A stretch of 64,000 nt of DNA from positions 166,740 through 230,739 of the IMG/VR virus record IMGVR_UViG_3300020438_000007; one strand, 5' to 3'. The translations under genes were made by a program, and so were the position numbers. Shown piece by piece: positions 35,980-46,333 of this stretch (its first letter is position 1; every line of letters begins with the position of its first letter). The notes below the pieces were generated by a model. It was not told the DNA's origin and did no database searches. It worked only from the letters and a program-made list of their open reading frames with translations.

Positions 35980-37395
35980 TTATTGGATGCCATATGAATC
36001 TCTAATGAGATTTAGTGAGGTGACATTTTTTCCCTCAGCAATTTCAAAGTGATGTCGTAAACTACGGATAACAAAGAATCCACTTTGTTCTGAGTCTGAT
36101 GTCTTCTGACCTGAAGGTCCATCATATGTGGGACCTACTTCTGGAATCTCTACTCTCAAAATACCACCGATTCTTAACATAGGATTACAAGGTACAGTTA
36201 TATTTAGGGACTGTTGGAAAAGCATTGCATATCTAGTAAAAGATTTAGCCATGTCAGCGGAGTCTCTACCCTGTCCTTCCACATCTTCATCGGATTCCTC
36301 AAGGTTTTTATTCCACATTCCTCTGTCTCCTATTCTTACAAGAACTCTTGATGCTAATTTGGTGATATCTCCCTGTGGGATTGGTATTGTACCGCCAGCA
36401 GTCTTCAAATTGTTAGCCTCTACATTATCCTCTAAATTGTATTTCACAACATCTAACTTCCAGTCTAATGGATCATACACATATGTCAAGTTACTGTACA
36501 GTCCAACCCTTAAGTTCTTCTGCACATCTGTAGTTTTGTTTGTAAAAAGGTGAAGAATCTTAAACTCACTTTCTGGATCGTTTGCAGTGATTAGAGTTGA
36601 GTAAGTATATGTTGGAATACCATAGTTACTAAGTAATGCCTCACTGTTATCTGCTTGATAATCTACTTGAGTAGCATCCACCATTCTATCTACTGACTTG
36701 AACTTGTATCCATCATAATCTTCATAGAAAAAGAATCCAGAGGTTCCCTTTCCTTCCGCTGATACTCCTTCTCCACTTTTTCCTGACACTGGGGATGTTG
36801 ATGGAACTGCTTTAGGACATAACCATTGTAGAGTATAAAATGGTTTTCTCATATTACCAATGAAACCATAGTTAGTAAGACTCTTCTCAACGCTCATCCT
36901 ATCTGGATCAATTTTTAAAACCTCTGTTAGTATGTTTTTAACATGTTCACTTATTGGTCCTCTTTCATATCTTTTCATGACTCTAGCAGTCTCATTTGAG
37001 AGATTAGTTAGAGTACAACACTTAAGAGTAAATGTTTCTTGTCCTTCAACTTGATTAATTTTTTCAATGGCAGAAACATACAGAGGATTTCCATTGTCCT
37101 CAGTAAACTCAACATCACCGTATGCAGTTCCTATAACAAGATCAATCCTCTCATATCCTCTTATAGGTATTTTACTTAAGAGAGCAGAAGTATCAGATAC
37201 TAACAACCTTACTGATATTGCTGGAGATAAGAGATCCTCAAAATAGTCAAATTGCACAACACTATTCTTAATATCAAGGGAATCTACAGAGTCTTGTTTC
37301 CCTGAGTCACTAGAACCACCCCTTTTGAAAGTAATATTATTCTCAGGGGTTATTTTAACTTGTTTGAATTCAGTTTTTTGTAAAGATACAGACAT
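35980..37395 (-). CDS. baseplate hub protein (gp27-like)
   Basis: YFEDLLSP...D...GFFFYE..DGYKFKS.D pattern; synteny between gp5 and tape-measure-like genes. Confidence 0.65.
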   Translation of the reverse strand: MSVSLQKTEFKQVKITPENNITFKRGGSSDSGKQDSVDSLDIKNSVVQFDYFEDLLSPAISVRLLVSDTSALLSKIPIRGYERIDLVIGTAYGDVEFTEDNGNPLYVSAIEKINQVEGQETFTLKCCTLTNLSNETARVMKRYERGPISEHVKNILTEVLKIDPDRMSVEKSLTNYGFIGNMRKPFYTLQWLCPKAVPSTSPVSGKSGEGVSAEGKGTSGFFFYEDYDGYKFKSVDRMVDATQVDYQADNSEALLSNYGIPTYTYSTLITANDPESEFKILHLFTNKTTDVQKNLRVGLYSNLTYVYDPLDWKLDVVKYNLEDNVEANNLKTAGGTIPIPQGDITKLASRVLVRIGDRGMWNKNLEESDEDVEGQGRDSADMAKSFTRYAMLFQQSLNITVPCNPMLRIGGILRVEIPEVGPTYDGPSGQKTSDSEQSGFFVIRSLRHHFEIAEGKNVTSLNLIRDSYGIQ

Positions 37396-39266
37396 CAGGT
37401 TAAAGCTAAACTATTGAGTTGAATTTGAGTAAATAATGATCCATGATCAGCTACTGGAATTATTTGTGGGGATCCACTATCACCCGATCCTGTCACAATG
37501 GGTTGTTGACTTGTATTTACAGGGGTAGGAGTAAGTGCAATAATTTGTGAAGATGATTTAGATGGATCATCATAAGGCATATATCCCGTTGGAACGAATT
37601 GAGCAATTTGATTAGGCTTATTCGGAGTGAGAGATGACTGATCTCCCATAGGATCAGTGCCAGGAGAAACTTGTTTTAGTGATCCTGTTTTTGATCCTGA
37701 ACCAAAGAAGAAGTTTCCGCCCTTTCCTCTATTAAAATCTCCAGAACCAGACCTATATCCCCTAAAGGATACCATAGATCCAATATCACTAACAGATGTT
37801 TGAGATAATGATCCACCAGTTTGAAAGTCTTTTAATACTTTTAAAGCGTCAGATGAAGAACCGCCACCAAATAGTTTTTGTAGTGCATTTAGACCGTCTG
37901 GTTGAGAAGCAATCTCAAGTAGTCTTTTCTTTCTCTCCTGTGGATTATTACCTAATGCCGATGAAATAGGACCATACTTTGCTGCTGCAGCACTATCCGC
38001 ACTAACACCATAAATTGCAGAGGATAGTGGCGAGAATTGTTCCCTGCCCGTAATTTGATCTCCTAAGCTGGTGCCATATGCTCTGAAAGAACCACCTGCT
38101 TGTGCATCAGCAGCTCTATTAAGCATTACTTGGAACGCATCTGCTTGGTTTTGATTGCCAGATGCTTCCATAGTTGATAGAAATGCAGCAAGATTTTGCT
38201 CTCCTGTACCACCACCACCGCCAAGACTTAACATAGTAGATTGTGATGAAACACTACTAGGATTGGCATCTGACATCATCTCGTTAAGTACAGTAAGAGG
38301 TTCATCTTGAAGTCTTTTCTTCAACTTTTCTAGTTCAGTCTTAGTTCTAAGGTATTTTTTCGTAGCTTCTTCATCAGCCGCTAGAGCACCAGCATCTGTA
38401 TATGCCTTTTCATTTTTTGCAATCTGAGCATCAACTGATTCAGTAATTTCTCGGATCTGACTTTTTTGATCTTTTGAATTGTCTTTAGGTCCTAGACCTA
38501 GTTTTTGTCTTCCTTTTTCCGAAAGTACATTCGGAATATTTATTCCAAAACCAAGAGAAAATACACCATCATCAATTTTACCACCAGTAAATTTTCTAAT
38601 GTTTGCCTTTGTTTGATCTATACGTTCGGATAAGGTTGGACCTTTATCCACCACACCAAAAGCACCAACTTTAGCAAGGAACACAAATCTATCCATCAAT
38701 TCCACAAACTGATCTGAATTTTTTTTATCGATACCTCCATCCACAGATGATAATCTATCGTTCATCCTTTCTAGGGTAGTAGCATCTGAATCTACTTCTG
38801 ACTTAGGAATTTCTTCTGGGTCTTTCTGGGATACTGCTTTAAGATCTTTCTTCCTGTCTAATGATATATCTTTGTTCTCATCAGCAGTAGTTTTTACTTT
38901 TTCTAATCCTTCATCTCTAATCTTTTGTTCTTCCTTAAGATCTGACTGCATTGCTTTCTCGTTTCCACCATACTGGTTTTGGAGAAGTTCCTCTGTAGAT
39001 CTCTCTTTTGATATCATTTGCCCCAAAACTAGAGGCAACATCAAAGCACCGCCAAGTAACATTTTATTCACTTTTGAACTCCTACCACCACCGAAATTTT
39101 TTGCAAATAGTCCAGCTTTTTTTAATGTTTGTTGATTAGGACTATCCTTCGTAACACTTTTAGTCATCACTCCCATAAATCGAGCAAATCGATTTATAGT
39201 TGATTCAGATTTATCTACTGAATTCTTAGCTTTCTGTGTTATACCAGTTATTTTAGATTTTTTCAT
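37395..39266 (-). CDS. tape-measure/hub-like protein with putative SleB-type cell-wall hydrolase domain
   Basis: Coiled-coil N-terminus; MEAS...QVMLNR...QITGREQFSP. Confidence 0.55.
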   Translation of the reverse strand: MKKSKITGITQKAKNSVDKSESTINRFARFMGVMTKSVTKDSPNQQTLKKAGLFAKNFGGGRSSKVNKMLLGGALMLPLVLGQMISKERSTEELLQNQYGGNEKAMQSDLKEEQKIRDEGLEKVKTTADENKDISLDRKKDLKAVSQKDPEEIPKSEVDSDATTLERMNDRLSSVDGGIDKKNSDQFVELMDRFVFLAKVGAFGVVDKGPTLSERIDQTKANIRKFTGGKIDDGVFSLGFGINIPNVLSEKGRQKLGLGPKDNSKDQKSQIREITESVDAQIAKNEKAYTDAGALAADEEATKKYLRTKTELEKLKKRLQDEPLTVLNEMMSDANPSSVSSQSTMLSLGGGGGTGEQNLAAFLSTMEASGNQNQADAFQVMLNRAADAQAGGSFRAYGTSLGDQITGREQFSPLSSAIYGVSADSAAAAKYGPISSALGNNPQERKKRLLEIASQPDGLNALQKLFGGGSSSDALKVLKDFQTGGSLSQTSVSDIGSMVSFRGYRSGSGDFNRGKGGNFFFGSGSKTGSLKQVSPGTDPMGDQSSLTPNKPNQIAQFVPTGYMPYDDPSKSSSQIIALTPTPVNTSQQPIVTGSGDSGSPQIIPVADHGSLFTQIQLNSLALT

Positions 39267-40963
39267 TACAGCGCATCCATGATATTAAGCAGTGATTTAG
39301 TTGTTGTAAGATGTATATTTGAAGGATCTACTGCAAGAAGTATAGGAGCTTCATTCTCCATCCTACTCATCTTATACTTCCCTGTTTGATTACCACCACC
39401 ACCTACTGGCACTGGTATTGACACGACTGGAGGAGTTTCCGTTTTGTTGCCTTGGCCAACTGGTTGACTTATACCATCTGTTACCTGTCCTAAAGCTTCA
39501 AGATTCCTCAGATTAGCAGCAATCTCTAATTTAGGCAAGGAAAGATCACCCATTGTCTCTGTAGGAACATCTGCCTTACTCTTATCTTTAAATATATCTC
39601 CCCTCTTATCAAAGTCAGTCATACCAAAGCTCAACATGTCTCCCATACCAGCGAGACCTCTCATAAGTCCCTGTGGTTTAGGCATCTCTGCTATAGGTTC
39701 CATAGGTGTCCCAGAAGAAGCGGTCGTAGGTTTAATGCCTGGGTCTCCCTTAGATCCAAGAGCGCCTCTATTTCCCTTAACACCTTGGTTTCCTTTGAGA
39801 AATTCTATAGTCTGGGGTTTTAATACTAAATCAGGTCCACCTTGTCCAGTAAAAGTACTTGTCGGATCAGTAAGTGGTTCTACTGTTGATGGTTGCATAT
39901 CATCGCCACCAACAACAGTTCCTATGGGAACTGGTCTTCCGAGACTATCAAAGTTTTCATCTGCTTTTTTATCAGGATCAGGCAGAGGAAAATTAGAATC
40001 CAATCCCTCTACGGTAGTAGGAACTGATTTATCCTTATCTTTTGGTGGTTTACCATCTGGTTGTTCATCATCTGTTGCGTTCTTTAGACCAGTATCGTCA
40101 TCACCTTTGCCCTCAACAGCACTCTCTTCTTCCTCTTCAGGATCCTCTTCATTATTAGGGTCTGTATTAATATTTTTCCTGCTGATTTTACCTTTGAACT
40201 GCATCTCAACGAGACTCAAAGCCTCATCAAATTTCTCCAAGGATTCTTTGAATTGTTTAGTTACTTCTGATTTAGTTCCATCAACATTTAGTTCTTTTTT
40301 CTTACGTCCAAACACGTTCTTAGCAAGAGCGAGGCCACCTCCCAGAGCAGATCCCTTAAATAATCCACCACCTATTGCTCCAGCAACACCTAACGCTGCT
40401 GGTGCTGCCTTAACTGCCAGTGCGGCCAACCCAACAACTGCGGCACCTTTTAATAATCCTTTTAACAAACCTCCCTTTGACTTTTGAGGTTTGGCCTTCG
40501 CCATCTTCTCGATGAGATCAGCAATGATCCCCTTCGATTCCGTTAAAGATCCTAGAGATTTTTTCAGAGAGGATTGTAGACCCGACAACCCAGAGGCAAA
40601 GTTCTGTAAAGAATTTAAACCACCACCAAATATCTTACCTAAGAAGGCCTGTGGATCAAACGTACTGACCTTAGATTGTACCGACTTTACTAAATTAGGA
40701 ACTAGATTTTGGACTTTATTTTCTACTAGTCTTCCAACCCTTTTTATATTTGCTCTAGGTGTTATCTGTTCGGGAGGTTGTAGAGCCTGAGGAACCAGAG
40801 ACATTTTGCCTCTGACTTTACTTAACGTTCCTTTTGTGGATGATAGTACTTTATTCTTTGCACCACCTACTAGACTCTTGGCTTTCCCAAAAATCTTGTC
40901 AGCTTTAACAGTTTTCTTAACTGCTTTAGCACCTTTGTCTAATAGTGATCTTAGTTTAGCCAT
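39266..40963 (-). CDS. tape-measure/hub-like (gp29-like) protein
   Basis: 565 aa, helical Gly/Ala-rich segments; position after gp51 in the T4-like cluster. Confidence 0.55.
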   Translation of the reverse strand: MAKLRSLLDKGAKAVKKTVKADKIFGKAKSLVGGAKNKVLSSTKGTLSKVRGKMSLVPQALQPPEQITPRANIKRVGRLVENKVQNLVPNLVKSVQSKVSTFDPQAFLGKIFGGGLNSLQNFASGLSGLQSSLKKSLGSLTESKGIIADLIEKMAKAKPQKSKGGLLKGLLKGAAVVGLAALAVKAAPAALGVAGAIGGGLFKGSALGGGLALAKNVFGRKKKELNVDGTKSEVTKQFKESLEKFDEALSLVEMQFKGKISRKNINTDPNNEEDPEEEEESAVEGKGDDDTGLKNATDDEQPDGKPPKDKDKSVPTTVEGLDSNFPLPDPDKKADENFDSLGRPVPIGTVVGGDDMQPSTVEPLTDPTSTFTGQGGPDLVLKPQTIEFLKGNQGVKGNRGALGSKGDPGIKPTTASSGTPMEPIAEMPKPQGLMRGLAGMGDMLSFGMTDFDKRGDIFKDKSKADVPTETMGDLSLPKLEIAANLRNLEALGQVTDGISQPVGQGNKTETPPVVSIPVPVGGGGNQTGKYKMSRMENEAPILLAVDPSNIHLTTTKSLLNIMDAL

Positions 40964-41147
40964 TTTTCATTTGGGCTTCCCTGGCTCTTGCTTTTAGGTT
41001 TTCTTCTTCAATATGAAGTCTAAGTAATCCAACATAGATGTCTCTTTCCCAAGGCATCCAATTCTCAACATCCCACAAGTTATATTTATGGTACTGCATG
41101 AGAGCAAAATTGATTCGGAAGTATGTCTCAAGATTGATGTGAGACAT
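40956..41147 (-). CDS. gp51: baseplate hub assembly protein gp51
   Basis: LETYFRINFALMQYHKYNLWDVENWMPWERDIYVGLL. Confidence 0.9.
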   Translation of the reverse strand: MSHINLETYFRINFALMQYHKYNLWDVENWMPWERDIYVGLLRLHIEEENLKARAREAQMKNG

Positions 41148-41149
41148 AC

Positions 41150-41866
41150 TTAGGCGAAAAAATCGGCTAAGCCCTCTAATACTATAGTGTTTTCTTTCTT
41201 AGTGTTCGGATTAGTCACAGTAAGTTTATGTGACAATTTAGGCATAGTTTCAAAGAATTTTTCAAGTTTTTGAAACTGTTGTGAAGTCAATGCTTCGACC
41301 CATTCTTTTAACTCTTTTTTAGTGCAATCCGATGCGGCAAACATCTCTTCATCGTTATAAACCATCTCAATACAACTAGAGAGAACATTAAATGATTTCT
41401 CAATAGTATCTTCACTGTCAGTAAAGTTGCTATCAATGAACTGGTTGAGAGAAGGATATTTCATCTTCACAGTCCATCCATCACCAATTTCAATTTCTGA
41501 TATGTGATCTTCAGATCTTACAACTTGAATGTCGGAAATAGGAACTGTCACACTCACTTCGGTTTTTCCATCATCACCACATGTGACGAGAAGATCAATA
41601 GATTCACCTACAGACTTACCACGAATATTTAAAAACAAATATTCAATATCAAAAGCTGGTAGATTATCTATCTTGAGTCCTGTTGTAATGACGCACTCTT
41701 TAATTACTTGCTTAACTGCATTAGTAATATCTTTTTGGTTTCCACCCTCTAGAGCGAGGATAAGTATCTTCTCTTCTTTTACCAGAAACGGTCTATACTT
41801 TATAGTCTTTCCATTTGATGGCAATTCCAACTCATACTCAGTGGTAGTAATTTTTGGTAAAGGCAT
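41150..41866 (-). CDS. gp26: baseplate hub subunit gp26
   Basis: MPLPKI.T.EYELELPS.GK.IKYRPFLVKEEKIL...FDIEYLFLNIRGKSVGE; late promoter CTAAATA 41887-41893. Confidence 0.95.
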   Translation of the reverse strand: MPLPKITTTEYELELPSNGKTIKYRPFLVKEEKILILALEGGNQKDITNAVKQVIKECVITTGLKIDNLPAFDIEYLFLNIRGKSVGESIDLLVTCGDDGKTEVSVTVPISDIQVVRSEDHISEIEIGDGWTVKMKYPSLNQFIDSNFTDSEDTIEKSFNVLSSCIEMVYNDEEMFAASDCTKKELKEWVEALTSQQFQKLEKFFETMPKLSHKLTVTNPNTKKENTIVLEGLADFFA

Positions 41867-41907
41867 AATATGTAATTATTCGTTATTATTTAGAAGGGTT
41901 TTTGGAG

Positions 41908-42837
41908 CTATCTTGCTGTAGTAGGTTCTGTTTCATTAGTGACATTAGTAGGAGATTCTACGAGAGACTTACTGTTGTCATCAGTATCATTAGATGGGAT
42001 GGTTCCACCAGTATATCCAATAACATCAGAACTCCTCACCATAACATACCTATCATAAGCAAAATTGACTGTCACTTGCAATACTTGAGAATCTGAATAT
42101 GATAGTGCAATATCCTGTATGGATGTAGGAAAAACATTAACAAACCTATAACTCAATGCTTCTGGAATGTTATTGCTCCCTAAACCAAAAGCCAGACTCG
42201 TTGGTCTCACGAGAGTTGTATCAATATTCCTCTCAAATTTAGTTATAGTCATACTTCTCTTGTATGACTGTGGATATCTATATCTTAAGAAATTATTATT
42301 TGCAAAATGTTTTTCTTCTGGATATCCTGTAGCTGAAGCAGTCTCTAGTCCAGACTCGGAATACATTGGGTTTATATAATTGACCCATTCCTGAAACATT
42401 GTAAGACTTCTGTAGTCTCCTGTCAAATAATAAGTGACCGCAATATCATTAAATGTTCTTTGTGCTGCAAATTTCTCTACTATACCTTGTCTACTCCCAG
42501 TCTCCGAAGTAGTTGCAAAAGTTGCTCCAGGCAATATTGCTTCAGTTGCCATTAAGGAAAATCTTTCTTGACCTAAACTATCTTTCTTATACACACCACA
42601 ATCTTGTAACCACTTCTCTAAAGTGCCAGCTGAATTAGTAGGTGCTAAATCTAGTCTTACTTTGTAAAAACTTGATAAAGATGGATGTCCTAGTGAGTCT
42701 AAGAAACTAGTCTCGAAGGTTTCACCAACATCTAATGCGGTGTCTCGTATATCAGCAAAAGGTCTAGGACTTTGGGGATTTGCCCCCAAGTTTCCAACTT
42801 TAGTATTAAAATAAGCTTTCGATTCCTTTGAGGCCAT
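41908..42837 (-). CDS. tail-tube-family protein (gp19/gp54-like)
   Basis: EAILPG...R.FNDI.VTY...FQEW.NYI...FVNVFPTSI..I.LSY...LQVTVNFAYDRY. Confidence 0.8.
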   Translation of the reverse strand: MASKESKAYFNTKVGNLGANPQSPRPFADIRDTALDVGETFETSFLDSLGHPSLSSFYKVRLDLAPTNSAGTLEKWLQDCGVYKKDSLGQERFSLMATEAILPGATFATTSETGSRQGIVEKFAAQRTFNDIAVTYYLTGDYRSLTMFQEWVNYINPMYSESGLETASATGYPEEKHFANNNFLRYRYPQSYKRSMTITKFERNIDTTLVRPTSLAFGLGSNNIPEALSYRFVNVFPTSIQDIALSYSDSQVLQVTVNFAYDRYVMVRSSDVIGYTGGTIPSNDTDDNSKSLVESPTNVTNETEPTTAR

Positions 42838-42870
42838 CTAAATAAGGTTATGACTTACCATACTATGTAT

Positions 42871-43329
42871 ATGGCTTATAAGGGAAAATTTAAACCAAAA
42901 CATATTAAAAAGTATAAAGGTGATCCCACTCAGATCATTTATCGCTCTCTATGGGAGAGAAAGTTCATGGAATACTGTGATCTGACCGAGAATATAAGTC
43001 AATGGCAATCAGAGGAATTTTGGATACCATACAAGAATCCTTTAGATAGAAAGATGCACAGATACTTTCCTGACTTTTTCATAAAATACACTGACTCCGA
43101 TGGAAAGAAACGATCTGTTGTGATAGAAGTGAAACCCAAAAAACAATGCAAGTCTCCTCCAAAGAATCCAAAAAGGAGAACTAAGTCGTGGGCACATGAC
43201 GTTCAAGCATGGGTTATTAATCAAGCAAAGTGGGAAGCAGCAGAAGAATACTGTGCTGATAGAAAGTATGAGTTCAAGATCATGACCGAAGACGATTTAG
43301 GAATATCTCATGATCGTAGAAGATATTAA
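42871..43329 (+). CDS. gp4: head completion protein gp4
   Basis: YKGKFKP...KYKGDPT.IIYRSLWE.KFM.YCD...HRYFPDF...IEVKP; CTAAATA at 42839-42845. Confidence 0.95.
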   Translation: MAYKGKFKPKHIKKYKGDPTQIIYRSLWERKFMEYCDLTENISQWQSEEFWIPYKNPLDRKMHRYFPDFFIKYTDSDGKKRSVVIEVKPKKQCKSPPKNPKRRTKSWAHDVQAWVINQAKWEAAEEYCADRKYEFKIMTEDDLGISHDRRRY

Positions 43330-43804
43330 ACAACAAGCTGGTAAGAAGAATAGAAGTGGGGCATGGTATATAAATGCTCTTACACAGTCTCTATCTCAAA
43401 TCCAAAACCCAGACATAAGTACAAGTGATACTAATGGAATAATCGAGGGAGATTTATTTTTCTTTTCATACAGTCCATCTTTCCCAGAAAGATATCAATT
43501 TTGGGACACTCAACCACTAGCGGTGGCACTGAAATTCTATAGAGATGGGTTTCTAGGATGCAATTTACACTATGTAAATCCATCTTATCGTGATTCTGTT
43601 GCAATTAGCTTACTAAATAGTGGCGGCGGGGCTGCAGTGCCTAAAAATACACTACACAAATACCTGTACTCTGGTGTGGGTAGTTTACTAAAAGTTCCTA
43701 AAAATGAAGACTGGGGGGAAATTTCTAAACTTCCTACAGAACAGTTCATAGACAGGAATGGTATGAAATATCCAAAGTACCGAGCATTTAACTGGAAAAA
43801 ATAA
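43310..43804 (+). CDS. gp2: DNA end protector gp2
   Basis: FFFSY...WDTQPL...FLGCNLHY...HKYL; position after gp4. Confidence 0.8.
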   Translation: MIVEDIKQQAGKKNRSGAWYINALTQSLSQIQNPDISTSDTNGIIEGDLFFFSYSPSFPERYQFWDTQPLAVALKFYRDGFLGCNLHYVNPSYRDSVAISLLNSGGGAAVPKNTLHKYLYSGVGSLLKVPKNEDWGEISKLPTEQFIDRNGMKYPKYRAFNWKK

Positions 43805-43805
43805 C

Positions 43806-45530
43806 ATGGCAGAACCTACATTTGCTAACCAAGTTGAAGAGTATGGCAATGAACTTAGGCTTAAGCAAGTACTAAAACAAGATGTCATCACATCGGATGG
43901 TGGTACAGAAGAAGTAACGTACAAAGCATTTATTAAAGGAGACCAAGTAAAAGTATGGCCTGTTGATGATAAGGGTCTAGTTATTGCTGGGTCAGAACCA
44001 ATATTTGAAAATGGAGAGTGGAAGCCTGGCTCGGTAACAAGACCAATAATTACAACAAAAGGTCAAGGTGGTTCAATTAAAAGTCAGACGAATGTAACTT
44101 TTAAGGGAGTTGCTTTTGATAAAGACGGCAATGTAGATCCAACAAACTCAATTTTACAAGAACAATTAGCTGAGAGAACAAGATCATATGCTAATGTAAC
44201 AGATGAAAAAGTTGCGGAATGGGCAGAAAACCCAGACCTTACACCTTTACAAAAAGCAGAAAAAGACTTAAAGAGACTTAGAGAAGAAGGTTATATCAAA
44301 ACAGGAAACGCAAAGACCGACATGAGAAGGTCAATGGCATATTCTAGAGCAATAAGAATTGCTCAAAAGAAAGTTGAGTCAGAAAAAGAAAATGCAGAAT
44401 TTAACGAAACTCCAGGCGGAAAGAATGGTGAAGGGGGAGGTTTCTCTGGTTCAACACAAAAAATTAAATATGCTTTTGACAGGGGTGATGAGATCATGTT
44501 CTCTAGACCTGTCATATACCCACAAGACATGTCTATGAAGCAAGACCGCATGGTCATTCAGTGTTATACATATGAACCTCCATATAGTTCCGAGTTTACT
44601 AAAGACAATGGAGCTGCTTATGGTGCTAAAAGAGGAACGGCATTTAGAAAGAAACTGGGTTCTCCAATCATGTTACCCATGCCTAATAACATGCAAGATT
44701 CTAACCAGAGAATGTGGGAAGAAAGTAATATGAATAATGCGGCACTAGATGGTATTAGAAAAGCTGGTTCTAAGACTCTTTTAAAATCTATGATTTCGGG
44801 TAGTGGTATCTTTGAAACTCTTGATGCACTAGGTAATATTCTCCAACTAACATCACAACAAGCTGGTAGAGCTGATATAGCATCAAACAAAATGAGTCAG
44901 TTACTTGCGAATCAGGGATTTGATATCAGTTCAGATCAAATACTAGCTAGAACTGGTGGAGTCATTGCAAACTCCAACACGGAACTTCTATTTGCTGGTG
45001 TGAGTTTAAGAACTTTTGATTTTGAATGGTTACTAACTCCGAGAGATGAACAAGAAGCTCATATATGCAGAATGATTATTCGTGCATTTAAAGAGTGGTC
45101 TGCTCCAAGAAAAATGACAAAATTGGTTAAGAGTGGAAAAATGAAAGAAACTAATGAGGGTGGTACTGGACAGGCTGGAGGACCTAGTTACTTCCTAGGC
45201 ACACCAAACGTATTCAGATTGAGATATGTTACTGATGGAAACAAACCTATCATGGGTGCAAACATGTTCAAAGCTTGTGCTCTGACAGATATATCAGTAA
45301 ATTATACCCCAGAAGGTCAATGGATGGCCTATGAAAGAGGTCAACCCACATCATATACGATGAAACTCAGTTTCAACGAATTAGAGCCTATATACAACAC
45401 AGACTACCAAAAAGAAGGTATGTCTGACGGTGATAACAGAATCCATAGTGATAAAAACCAAACTGGAGACTTAATGCCAATCTTTGTTGTGAGTCAGGAC
45501 GATCCAAATACTTCAATGATAGGATACTAA
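43806..45530 (+). CDS. gp48: baseplate tail-tube cap gp48
   Basis: I.LPMP...NSNTELLF.GV.LRTF.FEW.LTPR..QEA...II.AFK...KACALTDISVNYTP...F.ELEPIY. Confidence 0.92.
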   Translation: MAEPTFANQVEEYGNELRLKQVLKQDVITSDGGTEEVTYKAFIKGDQVKVWPVDDKGLVIAGSEPIFENGEWKPGSVTRPIITTKGQGGSIKSQTNVTFKGVAFDKDGNVDPTNSILQEQLAERTRSYANVTDEKVAEWAENPDLTPLQKAEKDLKRLREEGYIKTGNAKTDMRRSMAYSRAIRIAQKKVESEKENAEFNETPGGKNGEGGGFSGSTQKIKYAFDRGDEIMFSRPVIYPQDMSMKQDRMVIQCYTYEPPYSSEFTKDNGAAYGAKRGTAFRKKLGSPIMLPMPNNMQDSNQRMWEESNMNNAALDGIRKAGSKTLLKSMISGSGIFETLDALGNILQLTSQQAGRADIASNKMSQLLANQGFDISSDQILARTGGVIANSNTELLFAGVSLRTFDFEWLLTPRDEQEAHICRMIIRAFKEWSAPRKMTKLVKSGKMKETNEGGTGQAGGPSYFLGTPNVFRLRYVTDGNKPIMGANMFKACALTDISVNYTPEGQWMAYERGQPTSYTMKLSFNELEPIYNTDYQKEGMSDGDNRIHSDKNQTGDLMPIFVVSQDDPNTSMIGY

Positions 45531-45531
45531 T

Positions 45532-46281
45532 ATGCAAGGTTATTTTTCCTACTTACCAAATATAGATTACATCTCCAGATCTCCAGACAGGAGTTCCAAT
45601 GATGAGTACATTCCAGTAAAAAATATTTTCAGAAGAGCAAAAATTCGTGAAGATCTGGAACAGGTAGCTACATCTTTTGAAGATTTCTTTGTTGTCGGTG
45701 ATCTCAGACCAGATCAACTAGCATATACTTTATATGGGGATCCTAGATTTGATTGGGTTATATTAGTAACAAACAATATAACAAAAGTTAGAGATCAGTG
45801 GCCACTAAATGATATTGATTTCAGAAAATACTGCTTAGAAAAATATGGTAGTGATGAGGGATTGAGTCAGATACATCACTATGAGACTATTGAAGATACC
45901 GATTGGGCGGGAAGAATAGTTGTTCCAGAAGGATTAAGAGTGGACTCTAACTTCGATCTTAAATATTTAAAGTATAGACCAGAAGAACAAAAAATTGTCT
46001 CATATAGTAGAGTCACTCAGTTAAATGAATTATCAACCATAGATTCTGTTGGAACTGCAAAAGATGTTAATGGTAATGTAATTCAAAATCAGAACGTAGC
46101 TCCTGTAACTAACTATGAGTTTGAAGTGGCTATGAATGATGCTAAGAGAAGAATCAGAGTCCTTAGACCAATTTATCTGAGCACTATTGTGCAAGATATG
46201 AATAGAATAGGTACATATAAGAAATCATCTCAATTCAAGACTAAGAGACTTAAGAGAGCATTCAATCCTAGAACTACATAA
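45532..46281 (+). CDS. gp53: baseplate wedge subunit gp53
   Basis: YFSYLPNI.Y...KNIFRRAKIR...RPDQLA..LYGD.RFDWVIL.TNNI...QWPL. Confidence 0.93.
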   Translation: MQGYFSYLPNIDYISRSPDRSSNDEYIPVKNIFRRAKIREDLEQVATSFEDFFVVGDLRPDQLAYTLYGDPRFDWVILVTNNITKVRDQWPLNDIDFRKYCLEKYGSDEGLSQIHHYETIEDTDWAGRIVVPEGLRVDSNFDLKYLKYRPEEQKIVSYSRVTQLNELSTIDSVGTAKDVNGNVIQNQNVAPVTNYEFEVAMNDAKRRIRVLRPIYLSTIVQDMNRIGTYKKSSQFKTKRLKRAFNPRTT

Positions 46282-46309
46282 AAAAAAGGGGTCGCAAGAC
46301 CCCTTTCTT
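46280..46309. terminator. bidirectional intrinsic terminator GGGGTC-GCAA-GACCCC between convergent gp53 and gp32
   Basis: GC hairpin flanked by A8 and TTTCTT. Confidence 0.85.
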
Positions 46310-46333
46310 ATTGGCAAATTATTTCAACTATGC

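Noticed and set aside
39636-40487. 283-aa plus-strand ORF
   Set aside because: Fully antisense to a structural gene; S/P/L-rich composition typical of a shadow frame. The same applies to 14048..14425, 20118..20642, 36128..36553 and other nested track ORFs.
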